This document shows, piece after piece, positions 23,477 through 36,487 of a stretch of 64,000 bases of DNA (the first letter of the stretch is position 1; every line of letters begins with the position of its first letter). The translations under genes and the position numbers were made by a program. The DNA is taken from NCBI GenBank assembly GCA_023920165.1, contig CP089274.1, forward strand, positions 2,480,001-2,544,000, in the 5' to 3' direction. The DNA is from Curvularia clavata. Its lineage: Eukaryota. A model generated the notes under the pieces. That model did no database searches. It was not told the origin of the DNA and saw only the letters and a list, made by a program, of their open reading frames with translations.

Positions 23477-25742
23477 ATAACCGCCGGTAAACTCTAGACA
23501 GTTACTGCTGCGGCAACTAAAAAGAGACAAGCGCGTGATGACTAACACGCTTTATACATGATGGGAGGGCCAACTGCGCCTCAAGCAATGGCTTTACTGG
23601 GCCGACTTTCGGTCAACATGTGGCATTGACTGAGATCAATGTCCGGCTTAATGAGTATGTGATACGAATAATGAGATATACCCACTCAGTAGCTTCGTCT
23701 TTCGCCATGATAGTGATGTGTGATGTTTGCAGTGTTTGTTCCACTTTGAATCAAGGTCGCTGCCTGACGTGTTGGCGTGGTTACAGTATTGCAATGAGAG
23801 TAATCAACATAGACCAGACAGGTGATTTGCGCTGGGAGTTCGCGGTTCTTAGTGAGCAAGAACCAAGATTCACGACATTGATATTCTGTAAAATGCACCT
23901 TTTGACATCTTCTCAACCACCGACTTGTGCTCGTGCTGCAGAAAGGAACATCCAATCATGGTTCCTGTCAATGAGCCACTTTCTCAACATAGTATACACC
24001 TTTCATACAACAAGGAAATGTCCCTTGTCACTAGTACCCTGTTGTGTTGAAATTCATGGTTATGCAGGACGAATATACACTCGATTTTTCTATTTCCTCC
24101 ACCGCCATTGGTCCATGCCGCCAATTCAACGAAAACTAACACTAGGATTCCTAGCTGTCCTGACTGATAACCCCAAGTGGGCGGCGCTCGGACATGTATT
24201 CCCCGTGGATGAGCTGTTGGGAAGAGAACGCTGATCGGCGTAGTGCACACACGCTTCTAGTGCTTATATCTGCTATGCTTGCCATTGGCCTTGGGTGCCA
24301 AGAGGCCCTCCACATACGTAACAAAGAGTGCTGCGTTGCTGGGCGTGCGGACAAAACGGCACGGGACCTGAGTGCGGATGTCGGCACCAGTGGCTTTTTC
24401 AATATCATGGCTTAGCTTGACTTTTCGATGAATCGGTCGGAGGATTCCAGTCTCGGGAGAGCATTTGCATGGCAAGGCTGAAACACGAGGGCAGCGGGCT
24501 CGGCCGGCGGGAGAATTGCATTGAGGCTTGGGATGCTGACGCTAGACTCATGTCGGCCTTGCCAAGCAGCGTATTCGTATCGCCGACCCTCTTGCAGAAC
24601 CAAGCAATTCCCATTTACTTTTAAAATATTATATGCTCCGCTAAACACGCTTTCAGGGGCAGCCTAATGGCTGTGCGGGCAAAAGCCACAGACTTGCCGA
24701 CACGTTCTGCTCGCCGCAGTCAACCTCGGAGCTCCCGTCCGTTGGGGGTCCGCTCTGTTGCAAACTGCAAGGCACATACATGGATGGCAGTGCTTTCTTT
24801 GTCCGGTACTCGGACGGTGTGTCGACACAGTTGCACTGTTTAACCAGGCCTCGTCACAAGACCTGGCCTTAGTCCGCCAGATATGGTGAAATCTCAGACG
24901 ATCAAATCTTTCTCGATTGCTGTCGCCCTCTCGCCCCCTTTCGACCTAGAACACAAACGCTTTGGCGCTGACTAGGGTCAAATTGTCCGTTGACGTCAGC
25001 TTCCTCCTCTTGCGCCTCATCCTCCCGAGCCGGTCTTGGCAGGTTTTGCAACGCCTTGGTAAAACCACCCCAAAGTGAGCACGCGACACACACACACACA
25101 CCATACACAACCGCCAGGCTGAAGAGTATGACTGCAGGCAAGTGCTGCGCCGAGAATTTCAGGCGCCAGCATAGCCATCGGGAATGGGGCCTGACTGGAT
25201 GGGAAATATGACCAACGGTGCGATTCGTCGCCAGTTACGCATGGCCGCGCATGCAGGCGTGTGAAAAAAGGTGGAGACTCTGATCCGCAATACGTCGCGT
25301 GCGGGAATGCCATTGCCAGGAGTCAGGCCTCCTTTGCTCGGCAGTCCGGCGGACTTGCACGCGACCCGATTGAAAGCCCATATCCAGCGATTCTTTGTCC
25401 AATGTCCACTTTGATCTGAATCCTATCTTTTCTTGTTTTCTTTTCTTCTTTCTCCATTTCGTCCTTTCTCTCCCCCTTTGCCCTGCATTTCGTGGGAGGG
25501 TTCAACAATCTTGGTTCTCAACTTTGACCGCCACAACATACGACGACCTTGTTTCCGCCAGGGGTCAAAATAATATACTTACTGTTTTCGACCGACTTGC
25601 TTGTCCGCCCGCTTGGCCTAGTTTCCCATCGTCGTCATCGTTATCGTCAGCCTTACCCCAGAGCCTTTTCATGATATAGCGTGTCGTTACCGTATTTTCT
25701 CCTCGGCCATCAACGTCCCCCAAGGGACCACAAACACACAGA

Positions 25743-27146
25743 ATGGCAAACTCGACAGTACCAGACAATGGCCAATGGAACAGTAAACCAGCCTGGAAAC
25801 TTCCGGGATGGTGCGAACCAGTCGTATGTTTTTTTTGGGAACCGTCATGCACCAAAACAAACCTTGACATACTAACATGACCAAACTAGATGGTCGCCAG
25901 CATCCTCTTCTTCGCCATGTTCATGACCCGAAAACGAAACTACAAGATATTCGCTCGCACCTCTTCTTCACCCTCTTCATCACGAACCGGGTACCTCGAT
26001 GCCGCCCATCCAAACGAGTCATTAGACCATCTGCTCGACACTTCAGACAGCGAGGCTGATTCCCTTTTCGCCGACGATGTCTACTATCCAACCAAGAATC
26101 CCAATGCTCCCAAAGTACGCAACCTAGGCTGCTGCATCGTCAAAACGCCCAGCACTGCGCGCTTCCGCAACCACATCCACAGTCGCATACTGCAGCGCTT
26201 CCCCTTCTTAATCGAAATGTTCTACTGGGTCATAAACTATGCCTTCTACCGCATGACGGCCATTGCATCAGCGAAGCTCTTTGCCGGTCGCGGCATCTGG
26301 GACGTAGCGCAGGAGCACGGGATTGCCGTGTTGGAAGCCGAGGAGTATGGGATGCTCAGTTTCCTATTCCCATTCAGGGAACGAGAAGTGCAGCAGTGGT
26401 TTATGCACGGCCATCAGGATGCGCTTACCGTGCTGAACAAGTGCTATGCTTTGATTCATATTCCGGGAACAGTGGGGTACGTCTTTTTTCAATTTACTGG
26501 TAGCCCAGGGAAACCCTTTGGGCGGGTACTCGAAATGACAAACTAACATGAACAAACAAACAGCTTCATCTGCTGGTACTACTATGTAGCGCCCTCGTTC
26601 TCCACCTTCGCCACGGCCCGCCGCACCCTCACCCTGACAAACTTCTGCGCCTTTGTCATCTTCGTCATCTACCCTTGCATGCCGCCGCGCCTGCTCCCCG
26701 CCGAATACGGCTTTCTCGACACGGTCCGCCACGACGACGCACAGAGCGTGTGGATGAGCGGAAAATTCGTAAACCAACTTGCGGCCATGCCGTCCATGCA
26801 TTTCGGATACGCCTTTTGCATAGGCATGACGCTCATTTACCACTCTGGCCTTTTCCGCCGCACCCTCGAGCCCGGTGAGGTGCGCAAGAATGCCTTTTGG
26901 AAGATTTTCTACTTGATTGTCGGAATCGGATATCCGGCTTTTATTCTTACCGTTATCGTGGCAACGGCAAATCATTATTTTATGGATGCGCTCGTGGCAG
27001 CGTGCTTTGTCGGCCTGTCGTTTGTCTGCAACAAGGTGTTTTATGTCTTTATTCCGCTCGAGGATTGGCTGTTGTGGATCATTAGGGCGGATAAGCCGGT
27101 GCCGACGACGGGAGAGAGGTTCAGGGAGAAGGGGGGACGACTGTAG
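25743..27146 (+). CDS. PAP2_3-family integral membrane protein (inositolphosphotransferase/IPC-synthase-like)
   Basis: Exon 1 MANSTVPDNGQWNSKPAWKLPGWCEPV spliced (25824-25889) to ORF 25890. RFPFLIEMFYW, HIPGTV, PCMPPRLLP, AAMPSMHFGY, ATANHYFMDA. Confidence 0.85.
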
Positions 27147-28004
27147 TGTGAATATTTTTTTCTGGAAACAGTTGAGATTTGAATGTTTTTTTTTGAGAAT
27201 CTGCAAAGCATAGCGTAGCATGGAATGATAGCGCTCTCATCATTATCATTGGTAGTTTGCATATGTATAGAGATATACTATATTTAGAATATGTAATGGC
27301 ATTTCTAGGAGTGAATGCATGTACATGATTTCGTCTGTCTTTTTTTTTAGACGGGTATTATCAAGAATGTATTGAAACGGCCGCTTCTTGAAATTCGGAC
27401 ACTATATTAGTAAACGTGAACTGGTCTAGTGTATAACTCTGCACACTGAGATAGTGATAGATTCGGGTAGTCGAAATCAATCAATGCGCAGGACCAGACT
27501 ACTTTATTCAATTCCATCCATGCAGTTCAACTTTCTTATTCTTCCCCCCTCGAATGTTTCGCAGTCATGAACATACGAAAGAATCCGAGAAATGCTATAC
27601 CCGAGCAATTTCATTACATGAAAGGTTAGTTGTAATAGTATGCTACGGACAGGTGGACTCTGTTCCTGCGCTAGCGCGAAAGTGACGCGCGTGGAGGAAG
27701 CTACCACACTATGGGAGCATGTGCACGCGCCGAACCGATCTCTCTTCTCTTATTATCTGGTACCCCAGCCAGCCAACCCCATTGTCGCAACTGAATTACT
27801 TACCTCATCTCACTTTGTGCGCTGTGAGTTTAGGTCAAAAGGTACAGATTGGGTTCAATTGCGCCTGCGCGGAGGGAAAGAAAGAGAAGGATTAGCAGCA
27901 CTGCGCGCCTGACGCATTATCAAAAGCTTTCCGGTTCACATTGCTAGTCTTCATTTTATACGTCATTTCTTGCTCGTCACAAGTTCAGAAGAGATAGAGT
28001 TGCC

Positions 28005-29060
28005 ATGGCGGATAACCAGCAGCAAACAGCCGTTGAGAGCACGACAGTCGAGGATGTCGAGATGGGTGGTGCAGCCGAGACCGAGGCTGGAGAGGAAGAG
28101 ACGGCTTTGGCTGGCATTGAGGTCGATGAGCCCAAGATAGTTTTATTCTCAGAGTAAGTGGTGACCGAAACAGACATTTGTCCATGTGGACTATCAGTTG
28201 GAGTACCTCATGTGAAGCGCTGGCTAGGTATGGACGCCGCTTGATTGTGTGCAATAGCGTGAGGTTTGCCGAGGATACATCTGACCTTTGACCAGCCTAA
28301 TCAAGAGCCCAATTGTAGAAGTGATTGCTGGCGCCGCAGAGACGCGAACGACGTTCTCAGCACACGAGGCTGTTCTGGTCAAGTCGCCTGAGTTGAAGAA
28401 GCAGGTTGAGAACCTTGCGCCTGGAGGGGTAAACTAAACACCATTGTCCAACACTGGCAGATGAATACATCAGCTAACCATTCACAGCCCCGGCAAATTG
28501 TCCTCTCCGACTGCGACGTCGACGCCATGGGCTCCGTAATTGAGTACCTCTACACAGGCGAATACTTCCCCAAGAAGACGTCATCAGCCCGTGACGCACC
28601 TCTGGAAAAAGATCCACGCCAACCCGAAAAAGACAACGAGGGCATCGGTCTCCTCGTACACGCCCGTATCTACACGCTGGCCGAACGCCTACAGCTCCCT
28701 GAGCTTCAATCGCTCGCGCATTCCAAGATTCACCGCACAGCGTCGACGGCCAAAGGCGAGCTCGCCTACGCCCGCTACGTGTACAAGGAATCGAATCCGG
28801 AAGACAAGACGCTGCGCAAGCCCGTGGCGGCCTTCTGGGCTACCCGCAGTTTCACACTGCGCCACGATGCAGAGCCAGAGTTCAAGGCCATGTGTCTCGA
28901 GTTCCCGCAGTTTTCTTACGATGTCTTGCAGCTAGTGTTGGATCAGCAGGAGAGGAAGCGTGGTGGTGGTGGGGGTGGGGACGAGGCGCCGCCGGTGAGG
29001 AGCGGGCCGAGTGTGGTGCCTGGGAGTACGAGGAAGAGGGCGAGGGTGAGTCAGGTGTAG
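28005..29060 (+). CDS. BTB/POZ-domain protein
   Basis: SPIVEVIAG..TFSAHEAVLVKSP, I.L.D.D..AMGSVIEYLYTGEYFP, HARIYTLAERLQLPELQSLA. Two introns and a basic C-terminal NLS-like RKRAR. Confidence 0.85.
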
Positions 29061-31720
29061 GCGGTATATTTTTTGCATGTACAGTACGTGATTGGTCCAA
29101 GGAGGTATTTTTTGGTTTTTCTCCAGAATATGCACGCATGTCGTGCTCAATACAGACATACAGAAGATGCGGTATGTAAGCGTCGCTCTCGGACAGCCAC
29201 AAATCTGAAGTTGGCCAGGGAAAACCCCCGTCGTTGCGGCATTTTCTTATTCCAAGATGCTAGCCAAGCATGTAACGAGAAGGTTTGTTTTTCGGGACGG
29301 GACGGTGAGGGCAAGCGGTACTACTACAAAGCAAAAAGGATGTATCAGCACGGAACCAGTGGGGCTTTTTGAATTGATATTGTCATGACAGGTGCAGTAG
29401 TAGTTGCTATGGCGTAATCATGTTGTTTTGTTTTGATTCTGTTTCTTTTGAGCATATCAAATCAGGAAAACGGTGCATGTTCATGGCATAACCGGAATCA
29501 AAAAACTGGTTTCAAAGTTGCCGAAGATTGGCTTGTGAAGATGGATCGAGAGAGCCGATCCGGCAGGAGCCGCAAAGGTACGTACTTTGTTGAGAAGGGA
29601 AACTCGGGGTTGCTCCGATGTCCAGATGTGATAGGTACGTACCTCGTAGCGTGGACAAGGAAGTTGACATGTCTTTATGTCCAGCTTACCAGGGACCCGT
29701 CAGTGTGGAGCCGAGCAGGGCGGTCAGAAGTCGCTAGACTGAGATTTGTATTTGTGGTGGTGTTTTGGCATTGGGTAGCTGTGGCTACGATTGGTGTTGC
29801 TGCATGGAATCTTGGTTGAAACGAAGCCAGCCATGTACGGTGACGTTGACGAGAGGGTGGATGCAGGGACGGGGGTTGCAGGTAGCGTGAACATCAGAGA
29901 CGGACACGTATTGTTGAGACGACGGGCCTGAGTCACCGATTCTGGGTAGTGAGTGGGAATCTGCCAGTGGGAAGAGAGAAGGGAGTCAGCATGAGGTGGT
30001 AGCGAGACAGTGGTGAGCTAGCGGAGATGCACGCTCGACATCTACCATGCAGTTTGGCAGTAGTAAAAGTAGTACTAGTAAGATGATCAGAGGGTGCTTG
30101 GACGCGGTCAGCCGAGGTGAGGCAACGGCCGCTCGGCATGGCAGTGAATAGGGAGAGGGCGGTCCGGCTATGGGCGAGTGTAAGCGGGCAGCTGGGCCGG
30201 GCAGTCTGCGCGAACACGTGGAGGTGCATATCCCTCGGCGCGCGCCCGTGATTTGCGGGCATAACCCATCCGCTGCCACATGCACTGTGATGGGCGCTGC
30301 AAGTGTTTGTTTGTGAGCACTGCCCGGCTCCGCGACGCAGCCACGGGCGGGCGAGGGTGTGAAGGGGCGCGAGAGGGTGTGGTGCTGGCGAGCCATCTGG
30401 GGGCGCATAGTCCCAATGCGACGGGGCCTGCATTAGCACGACACTTCCCCGCGGCGCGAACAGTCAGTCTGCGAAAAGAGTCGTGTCTTAGATGTGGTCA
30501 CGATGGCAGACACGGCGGGCGCCAGACGGTCGGGCGCGGGGGAGCAGCACGGGGGGGCGACACAAAGGGGGCAGCTGGACGGGCGGAGAGGCGACAGCAG
30601 CCGACGGAAATGCCACCGAGAAGGGACAAATGCACATGTGGATGAGCCTGGGCCGCCCTCATTTCTCCGAGAAGAATTGGATTGGATTGGGCTGGGCTGG
30701 ATGGGTGTTTGCGAGGTTATTCACCTGACCCCAGGCTTCTTTGCTTGTTCTACCGCGCTGCTGGACCCTGCAGCTCGTCTGCACACGCACCCCCGCCGCC
30801 CCCTCTGCCCTCTATCCCATCCTCGACGACGCCCCTCTGCCCAATATCTTCCTCGCCAGCCCCCGGCTCTCGCTCCGCCTGCATGTCCCCATCTCATTGC
30901 TTGTTGCTTAACAACCGCCAATCACCACCGCTGAGCCCAGCCTGCTCTTCTGCTGCCCGCCTTCTGCCTATACTCGTCCCACGGCCCGGTGGGCCTTTAA
31001 CACCTCTCTCGACCCACCGACCTCCACGTACCTGTGCAGCTGGACCCACCCCGTCCCCTTGACTTGACGATACTTCACACTCGGCGCCTCGCTCTCATGG
31101 CCTAAGCAGCTAGTACTCGGTACCCTTCCATGGCCTCCTGGACGCCATACCGCCCCGGTCCTCGGAAAGACGCGTCGACTAGCCACTGTTCCGACCGTCT
31201 TTTTTCAGTCAAGTACAGATCCTTCTAGCGTCACTTGACCTACAAACGACGCCCTGTCCCGGCCCAGCGTCTATCGTGTCTTTTTTTTTACGGTTCCCAT
31301 ATCACCGCGCTGCTGCCATTGCGACTTCTCTCCTCCCTCTCTCTTCTCCTCTCCTCTCCTCTCCTCTTCTCGGCTCCCCCTTGTGTCACCTGATTGAGTT
31401 ACCATCTTGACGCTTCCAAACCGCCCATTGCCTCTGTCAAACCACTGTCTCTCCACCACACACGACTCGTCCCGCCAATCCTCCAATTGCAACTCGCATA
31501 TCACGACCCAAAAACAGTCTCTAGTCCTCCTTACCCTAATCCGGCTCGTCACTACATCTACTCGTAAGCCCACGCAAATACCCGCACCTCTGTACACAAC
31601 ACGGGCTAATTCAATGCAGACATTGCACAAAATCACCTTGGCCCTCCTTCTCTCGACACACTTTCCGTCTGCGAGGTAAAATCGGTAGACTTCGGCCACG
31701 TCATATATCCACACGTCCAA

Positions 31721-32704
31721 ATGATCCAAGTGTGCTACCCTACCCCTCCACTCAAGACCGTGCATCCGAGGCGACTCGTCCTTGCACCGGTCATCCAAAG
31801 CCAAACAACAATGAACCCTCCCACAGCCCCCAACCCAGCCGGAGACGCAGGCGTCCTCCCGGAATTCAACAACCTCAGCCTCCAGGACGCCCCATCGCCC
31901 CCGGCAAACGATGAAGAGCTCGACGTCCTCACCATGTCTCGGGAAACCGCCATGAAGCTCATAGCCCGCTCCATCATTGCCATAGCAAACGCCGCGGGCG
32001 ACGTTCCGGCAACACCGCCCATCTCGCGCCCTGCCACACCAGGCAGCGCCAGAGAGAGCCAAACCATGCGACCACCACATCGAAGAACGTCGTCTAGACC
32101 GGCGACGCCCATACCCGCTGAAAAGGAAAATCACCAGCCCACCGAACTAGCTCCGCCGGAAGCGGGCCACGACGAGCCCGTCACCATCCACGACATTGGC
32201 GCCGGAGCCCAGCCCGAGGCCGTCCAGCGCGCCAACATGGCGAGGAAATTCTTCTCCAAGACGGTGCCAAAAGTCGGCGTCGAAGAGTACATGAATCGCA
32301 TCCAGAAATTTTGCCCCTTATCAACGGCAGTTTGGTTGGCGGCTGGATCCTACATGCTGCGCTTGTGTGTTATCGATAGGAGCGTCCCACTGACCTATCG
32401 CACCATGCATCGCCTTATCTTGGCCTGTGCCCTCGTGGCCATGAAGGCCCTCGAGGATCACCGATGGCCTCAGAAGCGCTTCGCTGCCGTCGGCGGCGTT
32501 GACGAGGCCGCCCTCAGCCGCCTCGAGCTGTGTGTCGAGTTCCTGCTGTCGTTTGACGTCCAGATCTTCACACCAGAGAAGCTCCGGGAGCTAACGCTGC
32601 AACTGCAAAAAGCCGGCCAGGCGGCCACCATGACGTGTCGGCTACCGTCATCGTTTAATCTGAGAATGGGCACGCCTAAGATGCGGAATGCCCAAGTTGC
32701 GTGA
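31721..32704 (+). CDS. Pho85-type (Pho80/Pcl-family) cyclin; start 31721 or 31811
   Basis: KFFSKTVPKVGVEEYMNRIQKFCPLS, HRLILACALVAMKALED, FAAVGGV...L.RLE..EFLL.F cyclin box. Confidence 0.88.
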   Translation: MIQVCYPTPPLKTVHPRRLVLAPVIQSQTTMNPPTAPNPAGDAGVLPEFNNLSLQDAPSPPANDEELDVLTMSRETAMKLIARSIIAIANAAGDVPATPPISRPATPGSARESQTMRPPHRRTSSRPATPIPAEKENHQPTELAPPEAGHDEPVTIHDIGAGAQPEAVQRANMARKFFSKTVPKVGVEEYMNRIQKFCPLSTAVWLAAGSYMLRLCVIDRSVPLTYRTMHRLILACALVAMKALEDHRWPQKRFAAVGGVDEAALSRLELCVEFLLSFDVQIFTPEKLRELTLQLQKAGQAATMTCRLPSSFNLRMGTPKMRNAQVA

Positions 32705-33424
32705 GCGTGTCGAGTAAGACAAGGAACGACAAGTATTCATTCTCGTTATTGTTTGCAGTTTTCCAGGATATCCCCCCCTTTGAGCATGAACATGGCGTTT
32801 GGGTTAGCAAAACAGCGGCATCGCGATCGAGGCCTGGGAAAGCGGGCACATTGTATGTACTATAGACACCAAGAGGTGCGTAGGAAACAAATGTTGAAAT
32901 TTGTTGGCGCGCACAAGACGCACGAGCCCACTTTTTTCTGGCGGTTGTTTGTGGAGACCCGAATCAGATTGCTGTAAATTCAGGTACCGTTCCAGACTGT
33001 CTGGCTATGGGCTTGCCACCAGTGTCGAGTCTGTGCGCAAAGTCTATCTTATCCAGGCTGACAATAGACCCGAGTACCAATATTGCAGCAGATCAGCGCC
33101 GGTCCTGTCCTCCAGAATATAGGCCAGATCAGTCTACACATGCCATGTATAGACTGTTTTGCCCGGTATGGTGTTGAGACTACCAAATGACATGCGTGCG
33201 CATCCCTGCTACGGACAGGTTTTAGCTTGCGCGGCAACGACGATCGTGCCCCTGGCGCGCCACATCCAACGAGTCCGATCTTCTTGTTGCGTTGCACCTT
33301 TCACTCCCGGTACTACTACTAACATATACCCACCGCGCCCACTGCCTGCCACACTCTCTACACCGGTTCCACGTCCGTCGCCATTCTCCGCATTGTCGCT
33401 CCTTAGCTGCGCACTTCGCCCACC

Positions 33425-34430
33425 ATGATGCGCATTGTCCTTCCTTTCGCCGTCGTCGCCGCCCTGTCTCCCCTCGTACAAGCCGGCATCGAGTTCACCG
33501 CACCCGCACCCGGCGCAAAGCTCACCGCAGGCTCAGCTATTTCAGTCCAATGGAAGGAAACCGCCTCGGGTCCTAAACTCGCAGACCTGAAGAGCTATCA
33601 GTTACAGCTAATTGTCGGAGGCAACAAGGGCGAGGAGCAAGTAAGCTCATACAAGAGATACCAAACTATGGATGTTGTAGGCTGACTATAACTACTAGTT
33701 CGTAGCCACCACGATCAACCCGAGCGGCCTCTTCTCGGCCGGCAACATAGCTTCAGGAAGAATTGAGGCTGGTGTGTCGGAAGACCTGAAGGATGCAAAT
33801 GCCTAGTCTGTTCTCTCCCAAACCTTTGCTTCAGCAGACGGCTAACGCCAACATGATAGCTTCGTCAAGATGATTGCAACCCCCGCCAAGGGTGCCGGTC
33901 AGTACGTCGTCTACTCGGATCGTTTTGCATACTCTGGCATGACGGGCAAGAACATACTCAACCCGACTGTAAAGAAGGCCGCTACCGCCGTTACCGGCAC
34001 TGCTGGACCCGCAAGCGAAGACAACATCGCAGACGCAGACGCAGACCCGGCCGCGGGCACTGACGCTGGCGCCGCCCAGTATGATGTCGAATACACAATG
34101 CAGACCGGCCTCACGCGTTATGCGCCCATGCAGCCTGTGCCGGGTACCAAGGTCACAGCAACAAACACCAAGCCCTTGTTCCCTACTAGCAACGTGCCGG
34201 TTGCCAAGACAAGGCTGCCAATCCCTAAACAGTTGACTACACTTACGGCCAGCCAGACATTTTCTACCAAGATGGTCGAGAACACGGTACGCCACCTCAA
34301 TGGCCGTATAGCCCATGCGGTGCTTTGCTCCCCAAATCAATCGAGTCTCTGCTAACGTTTCCTGTAGGTCGCCACAGCGCCTCACGCTACCGACGACATG
34401 GCCAAGTTCCTCCGACGTTGGCAGGACTAG
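33425..34430 (+). CDS. KRE9: Kre9/Knh1-family cell-wall beta-1,6-glucan synthesis protein
   Basis: Signal peptide, IEFTAPAPG, YSDRF..SGMTG, YTMQTGLTRYAPMQPVPGTKVTA, ENT..TAP...DMAKFLRRWQD. Three introns. Confidence 0.85.
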
Positions 34431-34844
34431 ACATGATTATGTTTCACTGCATCTTTGTACCTCGACGATAAAGGGATACCCGCTTTGGGCAACGACATGG
34501 CACAGGTGTTTGGAGCTAGCTTGCTTTTTACTTGATACTGTTGGGGCTGGTTAGCTGCCAGGTAGTTTAAAATGGTTTATAGATATGATTATGTAGTCTT
34601 ACGCGCACTAGCGGATGCATCGACAGCAATATGATAATAGGTTTCTACCACGTACTCTCCCCAGCTTGCGCTGTCGAAAGCACCTTCCTCATCCATAACG
34701 TCCATGGATCGCACAACCGCGGCTACCCGCGCTTGCCAGAGTCGAGCCTCACACCCCCACCACCCCACCTTCAGAAGCCGTGGCTAACTTTCGCACCTGA
34801 TTAATAACGAACAAGCTCCTACAAGCCTGTCACGCCCCCATTCC

Positions 34845-36487
34845 ATGCCCAACCTCTTGCCCCAAATCGGTCGCTCCCTTCGACACACTCTGCGCACTGT
34901 TGCACGACCGTCACATAGACCAGCGGGTCCTGCTACTGCAACCCCGTGCTTCTACAGCTTATCTACAGAGAGCGGTAGCTGGATCAACGTTACCAAGATG
35001 GCCATTGCTGAAAACTACGACGAAGTCCTCAAGGGCAAGTACCCAGCCAAGGAGCATGCGAAGAAGGTCAAGGAGTGGCTTGTGAGCAAAGGCGGAGATA
35101 AGAATGGAACCATTTATCTCGAGGCACAGAAGCAGAAGTTGAATGAAGACAATGATGGTGAAGCGCCATTCCGGTAAGATGAAAATGTTGACAGATGTGA
35201 ATTTCAGAGCTGATCAATAGAATAGACAGCGACGATACTTTTTCTATCTCAGTGGTTGCGAGCTGCCGGACTCGTACCTCAAGTATGAAATGGCCACCGA
35301 GAAGCTAACTCTCTTCATCCCGCCTGTTCATCCAGACGAAGTCATCTGGTCAGGTCTGCCAATGAGCCCGGAGGAGGCAAAGGCCAAATACGACATTGAC
35401 GAATGCTTTACTACCGACGAGGTCAATTCGCACCTTGCCAGTTCATCCGAGCCTCAATCGACCATCTATGCCATTCCAGAGCAAGTATCCGATCACATCA
35501 CCTTCCTCTCCTACAAGGAAAAGGAGCTCACCCAGCTCAAGACGGCCATCGAGTACTGCCGAGTCATCAAGACCGACTACGAGATTGCTCTGATGCGCAA
35601 GGCCAATGCCATTTCCACGGCAGCTCACGTAGCCGTCATGAAGGCCGCTTCCAAGGCACAAAACGAGTGTGAGCTCGAAGCGGTTTTCCTCAAGACGTGC
35701 GTAGAGCGCAACGCAAAGAACCAAGCCTACCATTCCATTGTCGCCGCAGGAGAGCACGCCGCAACACTGCACTACGTGCACAACGCGGCGCCAATTACCG
35801 ACCAGAATCTGTTGCTGCTAGATGCTGGAATCGAGGTTGACTGCTATGCATCTGACATTACACGCACATTCCCTATCAAGGGCACATTCACGACCGAGTC
35901 CTTGGCCATTTACAAGATTGTCCTAGACATGCAACACCAATGTATCAATACGCTCAAGGCCGGTGTCGTCTGGGATCATGTTCATGAACTTGCCCACAAG
36001 ATTGCTATCAAGGGGCTCCTGGATCTCGGTATCTTGAAGGGAGAGGCCGACGAGTTGTTCAACAAGAGAATCAGTGTAGCCTTCTTCCCACATGGTCTGG
36101 GTCACTACCTTGGAATGGACACTCATGACACTGGCGGCAATGCCAACTACGCCGACAAGGACGTCATGTTCCGCTACCTCCGCGTAAGGGGAACTCTTCC
36201 AGAGCGCAGTGTGATTACTGTTGAGCCTGGCATCTACTTTTGTAGGTTCATCATCGAGCCATATCTCAAGGATGAGGAGAAGAAAAAGTATATTGATGAG
36301 AATGTGTTGGAAAAATATTGGTCCGTCGGAGGAGTCCGAATTGAGGGTACGTGATACAACTTCTCCACATGATTCGATAAACTAACATGTCATAGACAAT
36401 GTGCTCATTACAAAGGACGGGATCGAAAACCTAACACCCACACCCAAGGAGGTTGACGATATTACCCAACTAGTCAAGTCTGCATAG
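34845..36487 (+). CDS. pepP: Xaa-Pro aminopeptidase/prolidase (M24B); alternative ATG at 34998
   Basis: [75 protein letters not shown]. Two introns. Confidence 0.94.

Noticed and set aside
23620..24234. 204-aa GTG-start ORF after mpdA
   Set aside because: No codon bias or domain; lies in 3' UTR/intergenic sequence
33806..33859. Apparent premature TAG in KRE9
   Set aside because: The TAG spans an exon-intron junction (TA|GTCTGT..GCTAAC..TAG|C); splicing restores Tyr, so not a pseudogene
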